In this document: piece after piece, positions 39,534-52,599 of the stretch | Position numbering within the stretch: the stretch's first letter is position 1 | Layout of the letters: every line of letters starts with the position of its first letter | From: Felis catus | Lineage: Eukaryota | Direction of reading: 5' to 3' | DNA length: 64,000 nt | Assembly: GCF_018350175.1 (NCBI RefSeq) | Contig: NC_058368.1 | Coordinates: forward strand, 38,504,001-38,568,000 | Position numbers and translations under genes: made by a program | Notes under the pieces: model-generated | Databases searched by the model: none | What the model was told of the DNA's origin: nothing | Seen by the model: the letters and a program-made list of their open reading frames with translations, nothing else

Positions 39534-40632
39534 ATTGATACCAGAAGCTGTTCTAGGAGGTAGACTCTAAAGTGGGAATTCTAGCTGTAGTATTCACCAG
39601 CCATCTGGCAAGGAGGACCATAGCATTGCTGCAAATGCAATATTGATAGCTCCTTGTATAACACTACAAAGCAACCGATCTATACTTTATGGGTGGTAAG
39701 GTGGGAAGGGAACCCAATAAAGAGAAATACACTAGCCATTGAAACATCTTAGGCATTTGACTAATTATAGTCAGTAAAGGACCATGGTATTAGCCTGCTG
39801 CTCAGTTCTCAACGCACTGGGGATAAACAATGAAAAGTTGAGCATCATTCCCCAAGTAGAAGTGTGCAAATGAATGTGTAAGGAGTAGCACAAAAGCCAG
39901 AGAACCTTCTAGGTAGTCTTTGAAGGGACAGAAATTTCCTGCAGCTGGAAGGCAGAAAAGCTGAGGACCAGGACCAGGACTTAATTAGAAGAATAACAGA
40001 TCACTAGAAGAGGTTGAATTCACAACCCTGATGAGTCTTCTAACCAAAGTTAGGCTTTGATTAAGAAAAAGCAGGATCTTAAGAGCTGGGATGAGAAAAA
40101 TCTTGGTTAGTGTTTTGTAATTTCTGAAAACTCAAATTTTTTGTAACCCTCTGAGCCAACAGAAGGAACACAAAACAGGTGAATAAAAGATAAAATAGTA
40201 GCATCCCGAAACAGATTGACAAAAGATGGTACTACTTCTTTGTTCATTGATGAAAATGCCTGCCCTTCAGGAAAGACTGGTGACCCCCTCAAGATCTATC
40301 CCCAACCCCCCTCTTGGTTTTGAGATTAATAACTGGGTAAAGACATAACACAATCCAGTTTGAGAAGTGCTAGTTTTTTTTGGTAAAGAGAGAAAAGGAA
40401 CTACACAGTCAAGGAGATGCAGTCCTAAAAAAAAAAAAAAACATGCACCAACAGGAGCTTTGACGTGCAGGTAACTGATTCAAGTGAGATGTAATCTGAA
40501 GATGGATAAGAGAGATGATTGATCAGGAAGTATGTTTCTGAGTTAAAGAAAACCATTTGGGAAGCAACACTAGTACAGTCTTGGCTCTTGGAAGCTTGGC
40601 AAAAGTGGTTGCCATTTAAAATGAATTAGAAA

Positions 40633-40786
40633 GGTGCCTGTGATATGCGTCTGGGTAGTTCAGTCGGTTAAACATCTGACTTCGGCTCAGGTCATGATCT
40701 CATGGTTCCTGGGTTCAAGCCCCAGGTCGGGCTCTGTGCTGACAGCTCAGAGGCTGGAGCCTGCTTCAGATTCGGCATCTCTCTCA

Positions 40787-40821
<35 letters not shown>

Positions 40822-40855
40822 AAAACTGAATAAACGTTAAAAAAATTAAAAAAAG
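40633..40855 (+). mobile_element. CAN-SINE (left copy of a tandem pair)
   Basis: gtctgggtagttcagtcggttaaacatctgacttcggctcagg, (CT)n, A-tail. Confidence 0.95.
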
Positions 40856-40872
40856 AAATGAAAAAAGAAGAA

Positions 40873-41045
40873 GGGTGCCTGGGTGGCTCAGTTAGTTAAG
40901 CATCCAACTGTAGTTCAGGTCATGATCTCATAGTTCATGAGTTGGAGCCCCGCATCAGGCTCTGTGCTGACAGCTTGCTTCGAATCCTCTGTCTCCCTGT
41001 CTCTCTCTGCCTCTCCCCACCCCTCTGGAAAATAAATAAACGTTT
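40873..41045 (+). mobile_element. CAN-SINE (right copy of a tandem pair)
   Basis: gggtgcctgggtggctcagttagttaagc head, aataaataaacg tail. Confidence 0.95.
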
Positions 41046-41537
41046 AAATGAATTAAAAATTCTTCATCTGCCATTGCAAATGGTAGAGAGAGGAATACAT
41101 GGTAGAGAATAGAAGTTTTAAAAAATGGATTTTACATAAAGTCACAATCAAACAAGGGTCCCACTTTACAGCAAAGGGGGTACAGCAGTAGGTATGTGTT
41201 ATGAATCTCATCATCTAGTGCGTTGCATGACTTAAGGCAATCTATATTTTTAGAGTAGTTAACACTTCTAATATATCATATTTTTTAATTGCCTAAGATA
41301 TACAAATATATAAGTAATTTGTACTTTCTTCTCCATGCTTCTTCTCCCTCTTTCTAAACTCTACTTTTACTCATAAGCATTATCTGTGTCTATGTTTAAC
41401 ATTAATCATTAAATTGTGTATTTGGCTTCTAATTGGTTTTTCTCTTACATACAACCATTAGATATAAAATATAAATATAAAAGGAGCTTATCTCCTTTTC
41501 ACCTTCTTCTCTTGTCACCCTTACATTTTTCTTAGGT

Positions 41538-41798
41538 GTATTAAGCCGTCCAGTCACTGTCAACCAGCTCTGGTTTAAGCATCCCAGAGTACTTCTCTAT
41601 CATCCAGCAGGCTACAACCATACCTTCTTCCCTGGTTGGGGAGGGGACTCCTTCTTCAGGAAGTCCTCCTTAGGTGTAAGAAATTCTTTAGAATTTTGTT
41701 TCATCTTTAAAGTGAGAGCTCTGCCATAGCTAGTAATTCTTTATATTAAACTTTCTGTGTTCAGATTACTATGTCTCCTGGATAAGTCTTGATTGACA
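41538..41798 (+). mobile_element. ERVL-class LTR fragment
   Basis: Starts tgtattaag and ends attaaactttctgtgttcagattactatgtctcctggataagtcttgattgaca (TG...CA, ERVL-LTR-like end). Confidence 0.5.
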
Positions 41799-44030
41799 AG
41801 GGTCGTATCAGACATTGTTTTGTCTCAGATATACTTAGACGAACAGTATACTGAATATCCTCACCCTCAACCCGGAGACGTGTGTTTAATTCAAATTTTT
41901 GACATCTTCAACAGCCAGCACACTCTTTACATAAACTGACTTCACCATTGTAAATTCCCATGAGTCTTTTCATCGATTTCTATTTCAGATATTGTCAGCA
42001 GCACTTAAATAAATATGGTATTTGCAGGTTGTCTTATAGTTTTGTTGCAAATGTGTTTGAGTGTTTTCTTTGTTTGTATCCATTATTCTCTTTGTGGTTT
42101 TATAGGTCAGGAAGATAAGTGCTGCAGGTCCCTAAGTGGAAGACTCATTCTGTGGACTTATTTATTTAGTTAGAGACCTATCTCATGTAACCCTGTGCCA
42201 AAATTCACCTGGTTGGACAAGAATGTCCAGAGAAAAGGTGAGAGTCTAAGGTTTGTTGCTAGATTTTGCCTGAAATGTTGGTAGGAAATGGAAGCAGTAT
42301 GGAAATGACTATCTCATTATATAAATTTGGTATGAACAATTCAATTCTAGAATAGGAACCAATTAGTTAAATATAAATTCAAGCTGTGATTCCTGAGGAG
42401 CTTAATTTTAGGGCAAAGCCCTGAAGCTGAGACAAGCAATGGAAATAGTAGAAAGATTCTGTCTGGAGATGGGGTTCTCTGGAAACCTGAAGTACAGAAG
42501 ATATATATTATTCAAGAATATTTTTAGTGGGCATGGAAGCACTTATTTAGACAGTACAGAAAAAAACCTCCTGGTAAAAATTATTTTTTTATTCTTTATA
42601 AAGCAATCATATTCTTTTGAGTGGCTAATTCCCCGCTAATTGTAAATATATAATAGTTGTTTATATAAGGAACAAAAACATCTAAAATTCATATGGAACA
42701 TTTAGATTTATGTAAGTTACGACACAGATTTCTTTTTTCCTGCAACTGGCAATAATCCACCATTTAACTATAGGTAATGTGACTAGATGCTTAGTTTTCT
42801 GATACTCTGGGAAAAAATCTCACTCTCCCTCCAATATATACTCTTACTTGAAAATCATTTTATTTATTTGAGCAGGTGGTCTGTGTTTAAAATTTCTCTC
42901 TAACATAATTTCTAACTTATAACTTTTGTCTTCTCTGCATATATAAAATATATGGAAAATGACATTAGATACTAACAAAAGATATCTGGCTTCCACAGAA
43001 GTTATGTAAAGAGGTTTAATTTGTGTGACAACAAATATATTATAAATTGGAAATATGAGCAATACAAAACATTGTACTAATAGTGAGAGGCTATCATCTA
43101 CCCAGCAAATCACTTTGTAACTATGGTGTGTCATCATTATGAAATATACTAGAGTTCTGGTTTTAAGTAACAGATAATTAAAATTTATAGAAAAGTGAAC
43201 CATAAAGAAAAACATGGAGACTATCAAGGAAATTAAATCCTTAAAGAGATATTCCAAATTTGCACCTTCTTCAGAGAAAGAAATTCAAAAGATGCAGGAG
43301 AAGAGGGGTGAATTGGAAGACTGGTTTTCCTTTTTTGATTCATTGAATTTAAATTTCATTCACATGGTAATAGTCTCTTGCAGTCTGTTAGGACTGAATA
43401 AAGATATCTCTGGGTAAGTTAAAACCCAAGGCAGATGAGAGGAGCATTGTTTGAAAAACTTTATTAATATAAAGCAGAGCCCAAGGGTATAATAACGATC
43501 AGGACAAGCATTGAATGTGAGGAGTCAGGAAATTCAAAATAAATAATAAAAATATGCTGAAAAAATAAAAACTATTTTGGATGGAAGAAAATGTCACCGG
43601 AACCTCTTCCTGGCTAAGATGCAATGCTCAACACAATGAAGATGCTTCTATCTTTCATGGTACCATTATTGCACTATGTCTATGGATTGACAACCAAAAA
43701 TAATACTGGTAGGACTGAATAACACACATTAATTATGTAATTTCAAGCATAAAATAACAAAGAATGCAACATGACTAGTAAAAAACCATTATAGACACTG
43801 AAACACAAGAAATATATAGAAAGTTCAGAATACCAGTACAATATAGCTGAATAGCACTCAACCTACTTTGTCTCTATTTGCTAATTGTAAAATGACTGGG
43901 CTCAATTAGATATCTCACACTCATTCCAGTTCTAAAGGCCTTCGATTCCATTTCAAAAATTAATGATTTTCTTCCGAGTATTCCATATTCAAAAGCAGGT
44001 ATCAGAAGATATCATAAGAAAAGAGACTGT

Positions 44031-44149
44031 GGGACACCTGAGTGGCTCAGTAAATTGAGTGCCCCACCCTTGATCTCTGCTCAAGTAGTAATCCCAGGGT
44101 CCTGGGATTGAGCCCCACATTGGGCACCATGCTGAGCATAAAGCCTGTT

Positions 44150-44198
<49 letters not shown>

Positions 44199-44257
44199 CC
44201 CCCGCCGCCCTCTCCCCTGCTCGTATTCTATCTCTCTAAAATTAAAAAAAAGAAGAA
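44031..44257 (+). mobile_element. Older CAN-SINE
   Basis: gggacacctgagtggctcag head, (CT)n; exact 15-bp TSD aagaaaagagactgt. Confidence 0.95.
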
Positions 44258-45369
44258 AAGAAAAGAGACTGTGTAAGAATATAGATGATCTTTCATAAGT
44301 CTACTTGTTTAATTACATTTTGTTGCTTAATTGGCATCTAAAGCAGATTATAATCTTCTAGTATTTGAAATATAAATATAAATATCAGTATATAGAATAC
44401 ATATGTATATATTTAAAAATCTGCTGCAATATGTTAGGTATACATTAAACTGGCTTTATCCAAAATATGTTTATACTCTCAAAAATATGAAAGACACGTA
44501 TAGGAAAATTCAAGACGAGATGATATAAACCCAAGAGACTAGGGATGTAGAAGAAATAGTAAAATACAGATTACCAGCAGAAAATAAGAAATGAATAATA
44601 TGTGGACAGGGCATTAAGGTAAATTCCTTTTGGAATCACGTTTAAAATGTGGGATAAAATTTAAAAAACAAGACTTTAAATGCATGGATGACTTGATGGA
44701 AAATTAAAGGAATTCCCTGAAGGCTGAAAATTTCAAGAAAAATGCAAATCTGGAAGAACCAGCATACTAGAAGAAGAGTTAGAATACTCTCTGAGAGCAC
44801 CTTCCACTCCCTGATATCTGGACTTTAATGAGCTATTTGCACAAAGCACAACATACAAGAAAAGGGTTTTATTAAGATCAGAGACTCCAGATTTAAGTCT
44901 AGATCCATGAAGGGGATCTAAAAAAGACCCCTGATTGTTTGAACCAGGGTAAATTCTTGCCACACTGAAACAATCATGCTGTAGCTCTTGACAATCCTGT
45001 CCAGAAGATTCCCAAATACAATCAGACTCTCATGTGGGTGAATTGAAACTATGTATGGTCCCAAATCCCAACCTTACAATTTAGTTTAAAAAGGTCCCGG
45101 GTTGCAGTGCACTTAAGTAACAGGCAGAAAGAAAATAAAAATATTTTTGGAATAGTGTATTTTAAAATTAGGTCAAAAAGAATCCCCAAAGAAAAGTTTT
45201 CAAGAATATTTACATTACCTCAAAATATCTATGAAAGTATATGAAATATGAAATGTCTATTGGTAGGCTAGATAAAATTATAGCTCTTAAAATATATAGG
45301 TATTGAAAGTTCTAAATTTAAATTATTTTAAAATGTTATAGTAGGCAAGTATGAATTGAAAGAAATATG

Positions 45370-45747
45370 TGCCATGGACTGAATTGTATGCATCTTCCCT
45401 TCCATTCATATGTTAAAGCCCAACTTTCCATGTAATTGTAATAAAGATAGAGTTTCTAAGGAGATAATTAAAATTAAATAAAGTGATAAGGGTAGTGCCT
45501 TGATGTTTAAAAAACAAAACAAAACAAAACCTGGAGTCCTTATAAAAAGAGGAAGAAACACCAGATCTCTCTCTCTTCCATGTGAGGCCATAATGAGAAA
45601 GCTGTCTTCTGACAACCAGGAATCTGATCCTGTAGGCATGCTGATCTCAGATTTCCAGCCTCCAAAATTGTGAGAAAGTAAATTTCCTTTTTCTTGAGCC
45701 ACCCAGTCTAGGGCATTTCGTTATCCTAGTCCTAGCTGACTAACACA
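45370..45747 (+). mobile_element. MLT1A-like MaLR solo LTR
   Basis: tgccatggactgaattgt...gtccttataaaaagaggaaga...tttccagcctccaaaattgtgagaa...gccacccagtcta...gctgactaacaca. Confidence 0.9.
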
Positions 45748-45796
45748 GATGGCATATCAATTTGTGTCCAAACAAGAAAAGAAAAAATCACATACA

Positions 45797-46023
45797 GGGG
45801 CGCCTGGGTGGCTCAGTCGGTTAGGCGTCCGACTTCGGCTCAGGTCATGATCTCAAGGTTTGTGAGTTTGAGCCCCGTGTGGGGCTCTGTGCTGACAGCT
45901 CAGAGCCTGGAGCCTGCTTTGGATTCTGTGTCTCCCTCTCTCTCTGCCCCTCCCCCGTTCATGCTCTGTCTCTCTCTGTCTCAAAAATAAATAAAACATT
46001 TAAAAATTTTTTTTAAATAAAAC
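45797..46023 (+). mobile_element. CAN-SINE
   Basis: ggggcgcctgggtggctcagtcggttaggcg head; TSD aaagaaaaaatca(c/a)ata. Confidence 0.97.
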
Positions 46024-46229
46024 AAAGAAAAAATCAAATAGTAATTTGAAAGAGAGAAGTTTAGTATCATGAATTATTAACTATAACAAGGTATTGGAGA
46101 AAGAAGGGATTAGAAAATAAGAACTAAAGAGAACTCTAAAAAATATAGAAATACCAGACAGATATAAGGAATATCCACTGCCCGTAGACAGAGATCGAGC
46201 ATTGAACGAAGCTCTCCCTGTAATCCAAG

Positions 46230-46670
46230 ACTGAGATACAGACTGTTGTAGAGGGCACAGACACTGCTCTTTGAAATGCAGAGACATCACTGTGGTACAG
46301 TAGGGGAATTTGCTGGCACTCTACCCTCTAGGTACCAAGGGAAGACCAGAGGAACTCTGCTACGTAACAACCCAAGGTAGATGCAGGGGAGAAAGGGCTG
46401 GCCACTGTGCCCTGCAGATGGTGGACACCGCAGAAGCCACTCACACCACAGGGGCCAGGGGCCAGGGACAAGCTGCACGTGCTATAGGAGCTTGACAAAT
46501 GAGCAGTCCTTTACTCCTAGGTGTCTCTCCAGGGCCCCCTCCTGACCAGGCTTAATGTAGTGCCAAGTGGCAAAGCAAAAGTAAGCGTTCAAAGGGCATA
46601 TTTTCATTTTCACAAAGTGGGCAAAAGGATGAATTTGCGCAGAGAAACAATACTTTGAAAGCTGAAATAC
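46230..46670 (-). mobile_element. Ancient LTR (LTR78/LTR79-like)
   Basis: gtgtctctccagggccccctcctgaccaggcttaatgtagtgccaagtggcaaag resembles this LTR group; locally GC-rich. Confidence 0.5.
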
Positions 46671-47173
46671 TTGGTTTAATACTTCTATTAATGCATCGCT
46701 AGTCTTTAATATGCAAATGTTTCTCAGAGATAGTGGTACATATTGATAGAAATTTCAATTCAGTTGAACAATGTTAACAATTGCAAGTAAATTAGATTTC
46801 AATGTATCCAGTAAACTAGCCTCAACGTGTTTGAAGGAACAGTTAAGAAAACTCCAAAGAGAAATGAATAGTTTCATAATTGTTATGGAATATTTTTAAC
46901 ATACCTCTTTCTTTAGTAAAGAGTAAAGAGTGATAATAGTAGTTTGATTATAAAGGATTTGGATAATGAGATGAACAAACTTGATCCAAGGAACATCTGT
47001 AAAACACTGGATTCTATACCTGTCAAATATACCGTTTCTATCATTCACAAGTAGTACATATACAAAATAACTGACCATATGGTAGATAATAGAACACATC
47101 TCACAAAATTTTAAAAGTTGTATGTTACCAATCTCATCCAATGAAAGTAAGTCGTTTTAGAAAGCAGTTACAA

Positions 47174-47349
47174 GGGCAGGGAGGGGGAGGCCAGCCTCAG
47201 TTGGTTAAGTGTCTGACTCTTGATTTCAGCTCAGGTCATGATCTCATGGTGGTAGTGAGATTGAGCCGGGCATCGTGCTGGGCATGGAGCCTGTTTGGAA
47301 TTCTCTTTCTCCTTCTCCCTCTGCCCTTCCCATGCTTGCACACTCACAG

Positions 47350-47403
<54 letters not shown>

Positions 47404-47459
47404 TCTCTTGCTCTCTCTCAAAAAAATTTTTTTAAATAAGTAAATAAGTAAATAAATAA
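47174..47459 (+). mobile_element. CAN-SINE with altered head and long (CT)n
   Basis: ctcagttggttaagtgtctgactcttgatttcagctcaggtcatgatctc; degenerate TSD aaag..(g/c)ttacaa. Confidence 0.93.
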
Positions 47460-47849
47460 AAAGAACTTACAAAACAATAATAGTAATGATAGTTATGGAA
47501 ATCCCATCTGTTTAAAAACTAGAACACATACTCCTAAAGAATTTATGGGCCCAGAGAATAATTTTTTTTAATTTAAATTTTGAATTCTAAAATAAAAACA
47601 AAATAACAATTCTAATAACTCTAATACTTCTAATAAAACTTCTAATAAAAACTGGAATATATTTATAATTGAATAATAATTAAAACAGATGATATCACAT
47701 TGCATATGACACTGTTAAAGCACTGTAAAGTACATAGAGGGGAGATGCCAAGCACCCAAGTTCCCACATTCCTTGAAACCAGAAAAGGGACATTCTCTCT
47801 GCTAATATGATATACAGAATATTAGTATAGGAAGGTAAGAAACTTGCGG

Positions 47850-48150
47850 AATCATCCCGAAGGTGGATGATAACAGTAGCAGCATGGCATCTGATTCCCT
47901 TGCATGGCAGGTGCATTGGTGTTGTGGCAGAGCAATGGGGCCAGTGTCACTGCTGATGCTACAGCAGCTGGTGCTTAGAAGCAGTCATCTATCCTGCATA
48001 AACTCATTTAGGGCTTGATTTGACTGTGATCTCTAAGGCCTGTTCTCCAGCCTTGCAAGAGACTCTGTAAGCACTAGGTTTCCTTTCTGTAAAGCCCATT
48101 TGTGTTCTGATTTCCCACAGTCAGATTTTGTTTTCCTGAAATTTAGCTTT
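47850..48150 (+). mobile_element. Old ERVL-class LTR fragment
   Basis: ctccagccttgcaagagactctgtaagcac...taaagcccatttgtg...cagattttgttttcctgaa LTR-end-like. Confidence 0.35.
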
Positions 48151-48399
48151 AATTTCTTTGACTGTATCTTCCTCAAAAAGGTTTTCCATTAACCCTCATA
48201 TCAATGAAACCTCTTGCAAGCCGCATTTCCTTAGAACAGTGATTAGGTTTGTACTTACTAGCAATACCAGAGATGGACATTTTTTAATTAATGAATCCAT
48301 TGTTTGATATGAATGGAGAAATCTACCAGGTTTATGATTCTGTCACTTTACGTTTATTGAGGGCAGATTCTTTGAAATCATTGTTCATCAGAAGAAACA

Positions 48400-48560
48400 T
48401 GGGAGCTGAACTCAAGCAGTCATAAGTTATAATTTAAACTATGCCACTTAGTAAATGACTGATCTTCAGAAATCTACTTGTCTCCTGCTTTTAACCTGTT
48501 TCCTTGTTTAGGAAATGGAGATAATTACCTCTGAGATATTTTTCTTGCAAGGATACTCAG
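48400..48560 (+). mobile_element. MIR fragment
   Basis: ctatgccacttagtaaatgactgatcttcagaaatctactt...cctgtttccttgtttaggaaatggagataat. Confidence 0.6.
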
Positions 48561-49565
48561 TGCTCTGCCCACTACCTAATTAGTTATCAACAGCAACTTG
48601 TTTCTTCCCCCATAACATCCTTCATGATGCTCATTGATCATCTCAACAAACTTCAGTACATTAATAATGTGTGAGTCCAACTACATATACTTTCGCTAAC
48701 ATATTTTCTTTTTTATGTGCTTTAACCCCATAGATTTTATTGACCATGTAACTTTTAAGGGAAGATCAAAGTTATCTAAAAGGTCTCTTGAAAGATCGGG
48801 TTTATATTCATACCTAGAAGTACACTAGTAAAACAACTATTTTTAATGTTATCTAAAGCAGAAGTGTTAAAATTTCTTTTAAAAATTCAATTTATTAGGT
48901 TTTTGTAATTTAAGTATGCTTTGCCAATCTGACATAACTTGTTTTATCTGCTAATACCAAAAATAATTTATATATGATTTTGAATTCTACGGTCTTCTCT
49001 TCCTTATGGGATTTTTTTTTGTCCTTTGCTCATAAATCATGTAAGTATTTAATATTATGGATTTTAATAACCCTTGATTTTAATTGATTTTAATTTTTAA
49101 ATCAATACTTGCATTAATTTATAAATTAATTATAAACAATAAATTGTTGATAAATAATTGCTATCTTAATAATTTTAATAACTATTAAGGATTTCAATAA
49201 TTGTTATTAATTTTCATGGTCTAAGAACAAATTCTGTAACATAATTGGTAGAAAAGTATTTGTTATTGTATCTCTCTCCCTTTGTATAACTTAGGAGCCA
49301 AGATTTCCCATCCCAAATGTCTTTCAGAGACCCCAGGGAATAAAATCATACAACATATTCCATCTTTTTGCTATCTATAATTCCTTCATTGATAATCCAT
49401 GCCAAAGGAACTACGAGGTGTACTATCTCATGATTGTACTATGTTTAGGGCTAAGATGAGCTCTCCTAGCATCTTCTAAACCCACACTATCTGAAGTAGT
49501 GTGGTGAATTCCCTCCTTTACCAGTTCTTTTCACAATCTATTTTTTCAAAATGTATTCCCAATGG

Positions 49566-50225
49566 GGCCACCAGATGAGTGGATAAAGTGTGGTATACAT
49601 ATGATTTCACTCATATGTGGATTCTACAAAACAAAACAAGTGAATACACAAACAAAAAGCAGAATTAGACCTACAACTACAGAGAACAAACTGGTGATTG
49701 CCACAGGGAGGAGGGATGGGGGATGAGCAAAATGGATGAAGGGGAGTGGGAGGTACAGGCTTCCAGTTATGTAATGAGTAAGGCATGGGGAATGAAGGGT
49801 ACAGCATAGAGAATATAGTCAGTGATATTATAATAATGTTGTATGTTGACAGATGGTAGCTACACCTGTGGTGAGCACAGCATCATGTATAGAGATGTTG
49901 AATAACTATGTTGTACACCTGAAACTAATGTAACGTGTGTCAGCTATACTCAAATAAAAAAAATGAAAATAAAAAAGAAAGTTGTGGTATACATATATGC
50001 AATTGAATATTATTCAGCCTTTAAAAAGCAGGAGATTCTGCCATTTGCAACAAGCTGGATGAATATTGAGGACATTATGCTAAGTGAAATAAGCCAGACA
50101 CAGAAAGACAAACACTGCATGATCACACTTATATGTGAAATCTAAAACAAAGAAGTGAAATTCGTAGTAACAGAAAATAGAACTGTTGTCACCAAGGGCT
50201 AAAGGGTGGGGGAAAGAAGTGATAC
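49566..50225 (+). mobile_element. Older L1 (L1MA/MB-type) ORF2 end and 3' UTR, host of a nested L1
   Basis: Peptide IEYYSAFKKQEILPFATSWMNIEDIMLSEISQTQKDKHCM is the L1 ORF2 terminus. Confidence 0.88.
49603..49977 (+). mobile_element. Carnivore L1 3' UTR inserted into an older L1
   Basis: cagagaacaaactggtgattgcc...tgttgtacacctgaaactaatgtaac...A-tail; TSD aaagt(t)gtggtatacatat. Confidence 0.88.
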
Positions 50226-52419
50226 TGATGCTTAGTATCATTAGTCACTATGAAGAAGCAGAGAATTAGCCACACTACTTCAGGTAAGTAGTTAGCTCCT
50301 GTTAAATATTCCACAATTCTATGTCATATATAATAACGTTCTTTTTACTAACATCAATAATACGGAAATAAAGTAGAAATTTCTCTTTATTTGCTTCTGA
50401 AAATAATTGCTGCCATCTCTCAAAGATTTTGTTATAAAGACCTATTCTTCTACTATTTAAAGGATCTCAGGGCATTCATAATATGATGGTAAAACTGGAT
50501 ATATTCACTTTGCTGGACTCTTTCTCAACGCTCCAGGAACATACCACAGAAGTGCCTATTTTACTGTTGTTATTGTTTACCCTACCATACATATATCCTA
50601 CGTCTTACTTGATAACACATAGTATGACTGGAAAAAAAATGAATCATTTCCAGAGAGACTGGAAATCTCTAAAACTTTGTTCCCTGAGTGCAGTAAGTCA
50701 ATGAGACATCCCTATGAATCTTGTTTGCTTTTCTGGAAGGATAAATCCCTATGGAGGGAAAAGAAGCAATGATTCGAGGTGCATAAAGTAGTGAATGACT
50801 CCACAGCCAGAATTTCATCAACCCTGAAAAGTGATTATATATCTGAACTAAATATGTCCTTGTAGAAGGATTTGTGCTTCCAATCCAAGCCTAGATATCA
50901 GTGCCACCTGAACAAACAAGATGCTGAGGAATTTGCTTTTTGCCAAGAGAGTCCTGCTTCAGCATTCCCAAATCTACCAGAGCAGCAGGAAAACATTTTA
51001 TCAAATCCTCAGGGACAACTTAATAGCTTAGAGAAACTATTTTTTAGTAGTCAAATATTCTACTACTATAACCTTACTCTTCCTACCATTCTGAATATTG
51101 CATGACTCATAAGTGGTGTCATTACTGTAAAGGATCACAGGTTTGCTAATTCTCAAACGTATACTGGGTTAGGTTTGAGAAGCAATAGGCAACTGAAGGA
51201 GAATTAAACTGAAGGGCCCTGGAGTTTTTCCACTGAGTCTAACCCTGGGAAAGCAGATCACCTCAGTTATTTCACTCACATGACACACTAAGATAAACTG
51301 TTCCTGTGTAGCAGCAACTATCTTTCATAGATAATGCATCAAGATAGGCCCAAGGTAGATTTTATCTCCTCTCCAGTCATTGCCACAGCAATAATTTCTT
51401 AGAACATCAGGATTCCTGTAATGCAGTGGGATTGAAAGCCTTGGATGAGGTAGATTGGACTTCAATAGACTCTTCCCAGTAGTTTCAAAACCACAGCATT
51501 TATACTCTTGGGATGAACTAGGGGACATTATTTATGCACTAAGTATTGTTGATAGACACTCCAGTTACAAATATAAAAATAAATGGTAGGCCAAATTTGT
51601 CTACCTTCTTAAGAAAGCATTTTAAAAATCACTGTAGATCATTATGATATTTCTTTGATTTATATCGTATTGTCTCCTAATTATTTAAAAGACAAAAAAT
51701 ATATACATAATACATACTTTTACTTGAGTTTGGTTCCAGTGACTTTCATTGTTAAGTTCATTTCTTCCTCTATGTTTATCAATGAAGCAAGTTAGACTTC
51801 AGTTAGCCAAGATTTCTTCAGGGATCTCTCCTTTCCTTCTTCTACCCCATATATAATTTTTGTTTAGTTCTTCACACTTAAAGCATTATTTTAAAATGAG
51901 CTATATGTATTTCAATTTATCCTTTAAGATGGTGTGTTTTCATCATAGTAGCTAACTATTTGCTGAGATGGCTTTTATTTCCATCTGAATAATACAGAGA
52001 ACTGTGAATTAACTGAACTCTGACTGTGCCCTAAGACTGGAGTCAGAAAATGAGAAGCAATTTCTTGTCATTGATCTGTATAAAAGAATTTATTTTTTTC
52101 TAACTCTTAAATATTCTCAGAATTCTTCAAATCTTATTCATTTTTTTTCTTTAGTATGAGGGACCATATTTTTAATATACTCACAACAGGTCTCTAAGGT
52201 TCAAATAGCTTTAGGTATTCTAAAATCCTTAGCAAAAGCAAATTTCAAGCTTTTTTAGTTCATAGGTCTTTTAATCTTTTGGACCTTCTATCTTTTAAGT
52301 CTTTGGATTTCCTACTATTTACGTCTTGGCTTGTTTCTGTCAAGAAAGTTTCCATATTCTTCTTGTTCTTTCAATGATTACAATCCATATTTTGCATTCA
52401 TATAATGGTGTATACTGCA

Positions 52420-52570
52420 ACCTTTATCACATATTGACTTATGTGAACATCCTTGTGATACTATATTGAGGAAACAAGCCTAGAGAAAGGACTTGCTCAA
52501 TATCACATAGTTAATAACAGAGCCTAGACTAAAATCTTGGCCCTTTGTTCCTAAACTCTGTTATGACTCC
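52420..52570 (-). mobile_element. MIR fragment
   Basis: gaggaaacaagcctagagaaaggacttgctcaatatcacatagttaataacagagcc. Confidence 0.65.
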
Positions 52571-52599
52571 AAGGGTAAATCTTTATCCTCTAATCTAAA

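Larger units (their letters stand above)
39534..41240 (+). mobile_element. Decayed ERVL internal sequence (ERV3-16A3_I-like), interrupted by SINEs
   Basis: Follows the LTR with ttgataccagaagctgttctaggaggtagactctaaagtgggaatt; 41153-41191 translates QGSHFTAKGVQQ*, an ERVL integrase-like motif. Confidence 0.65.
44620..47700 (+). mobile_element. Old L1 remnant (5' region to ORF2 endonuclease), interrupted by MLT1, an LTR and two SINEs
   Basis: L1M 5'-like sequence at 44620-45360; endonuclease-region motifs at 46790-47140 (tttaacatacctctttc; aaataactgaccatatggtag). Confidence 0.6.

Noticed and set aside
50872..51105. 77-aa ORF after a weak acceptor
   Set aside because: Non-ATG start, no donor and no recognisable homology
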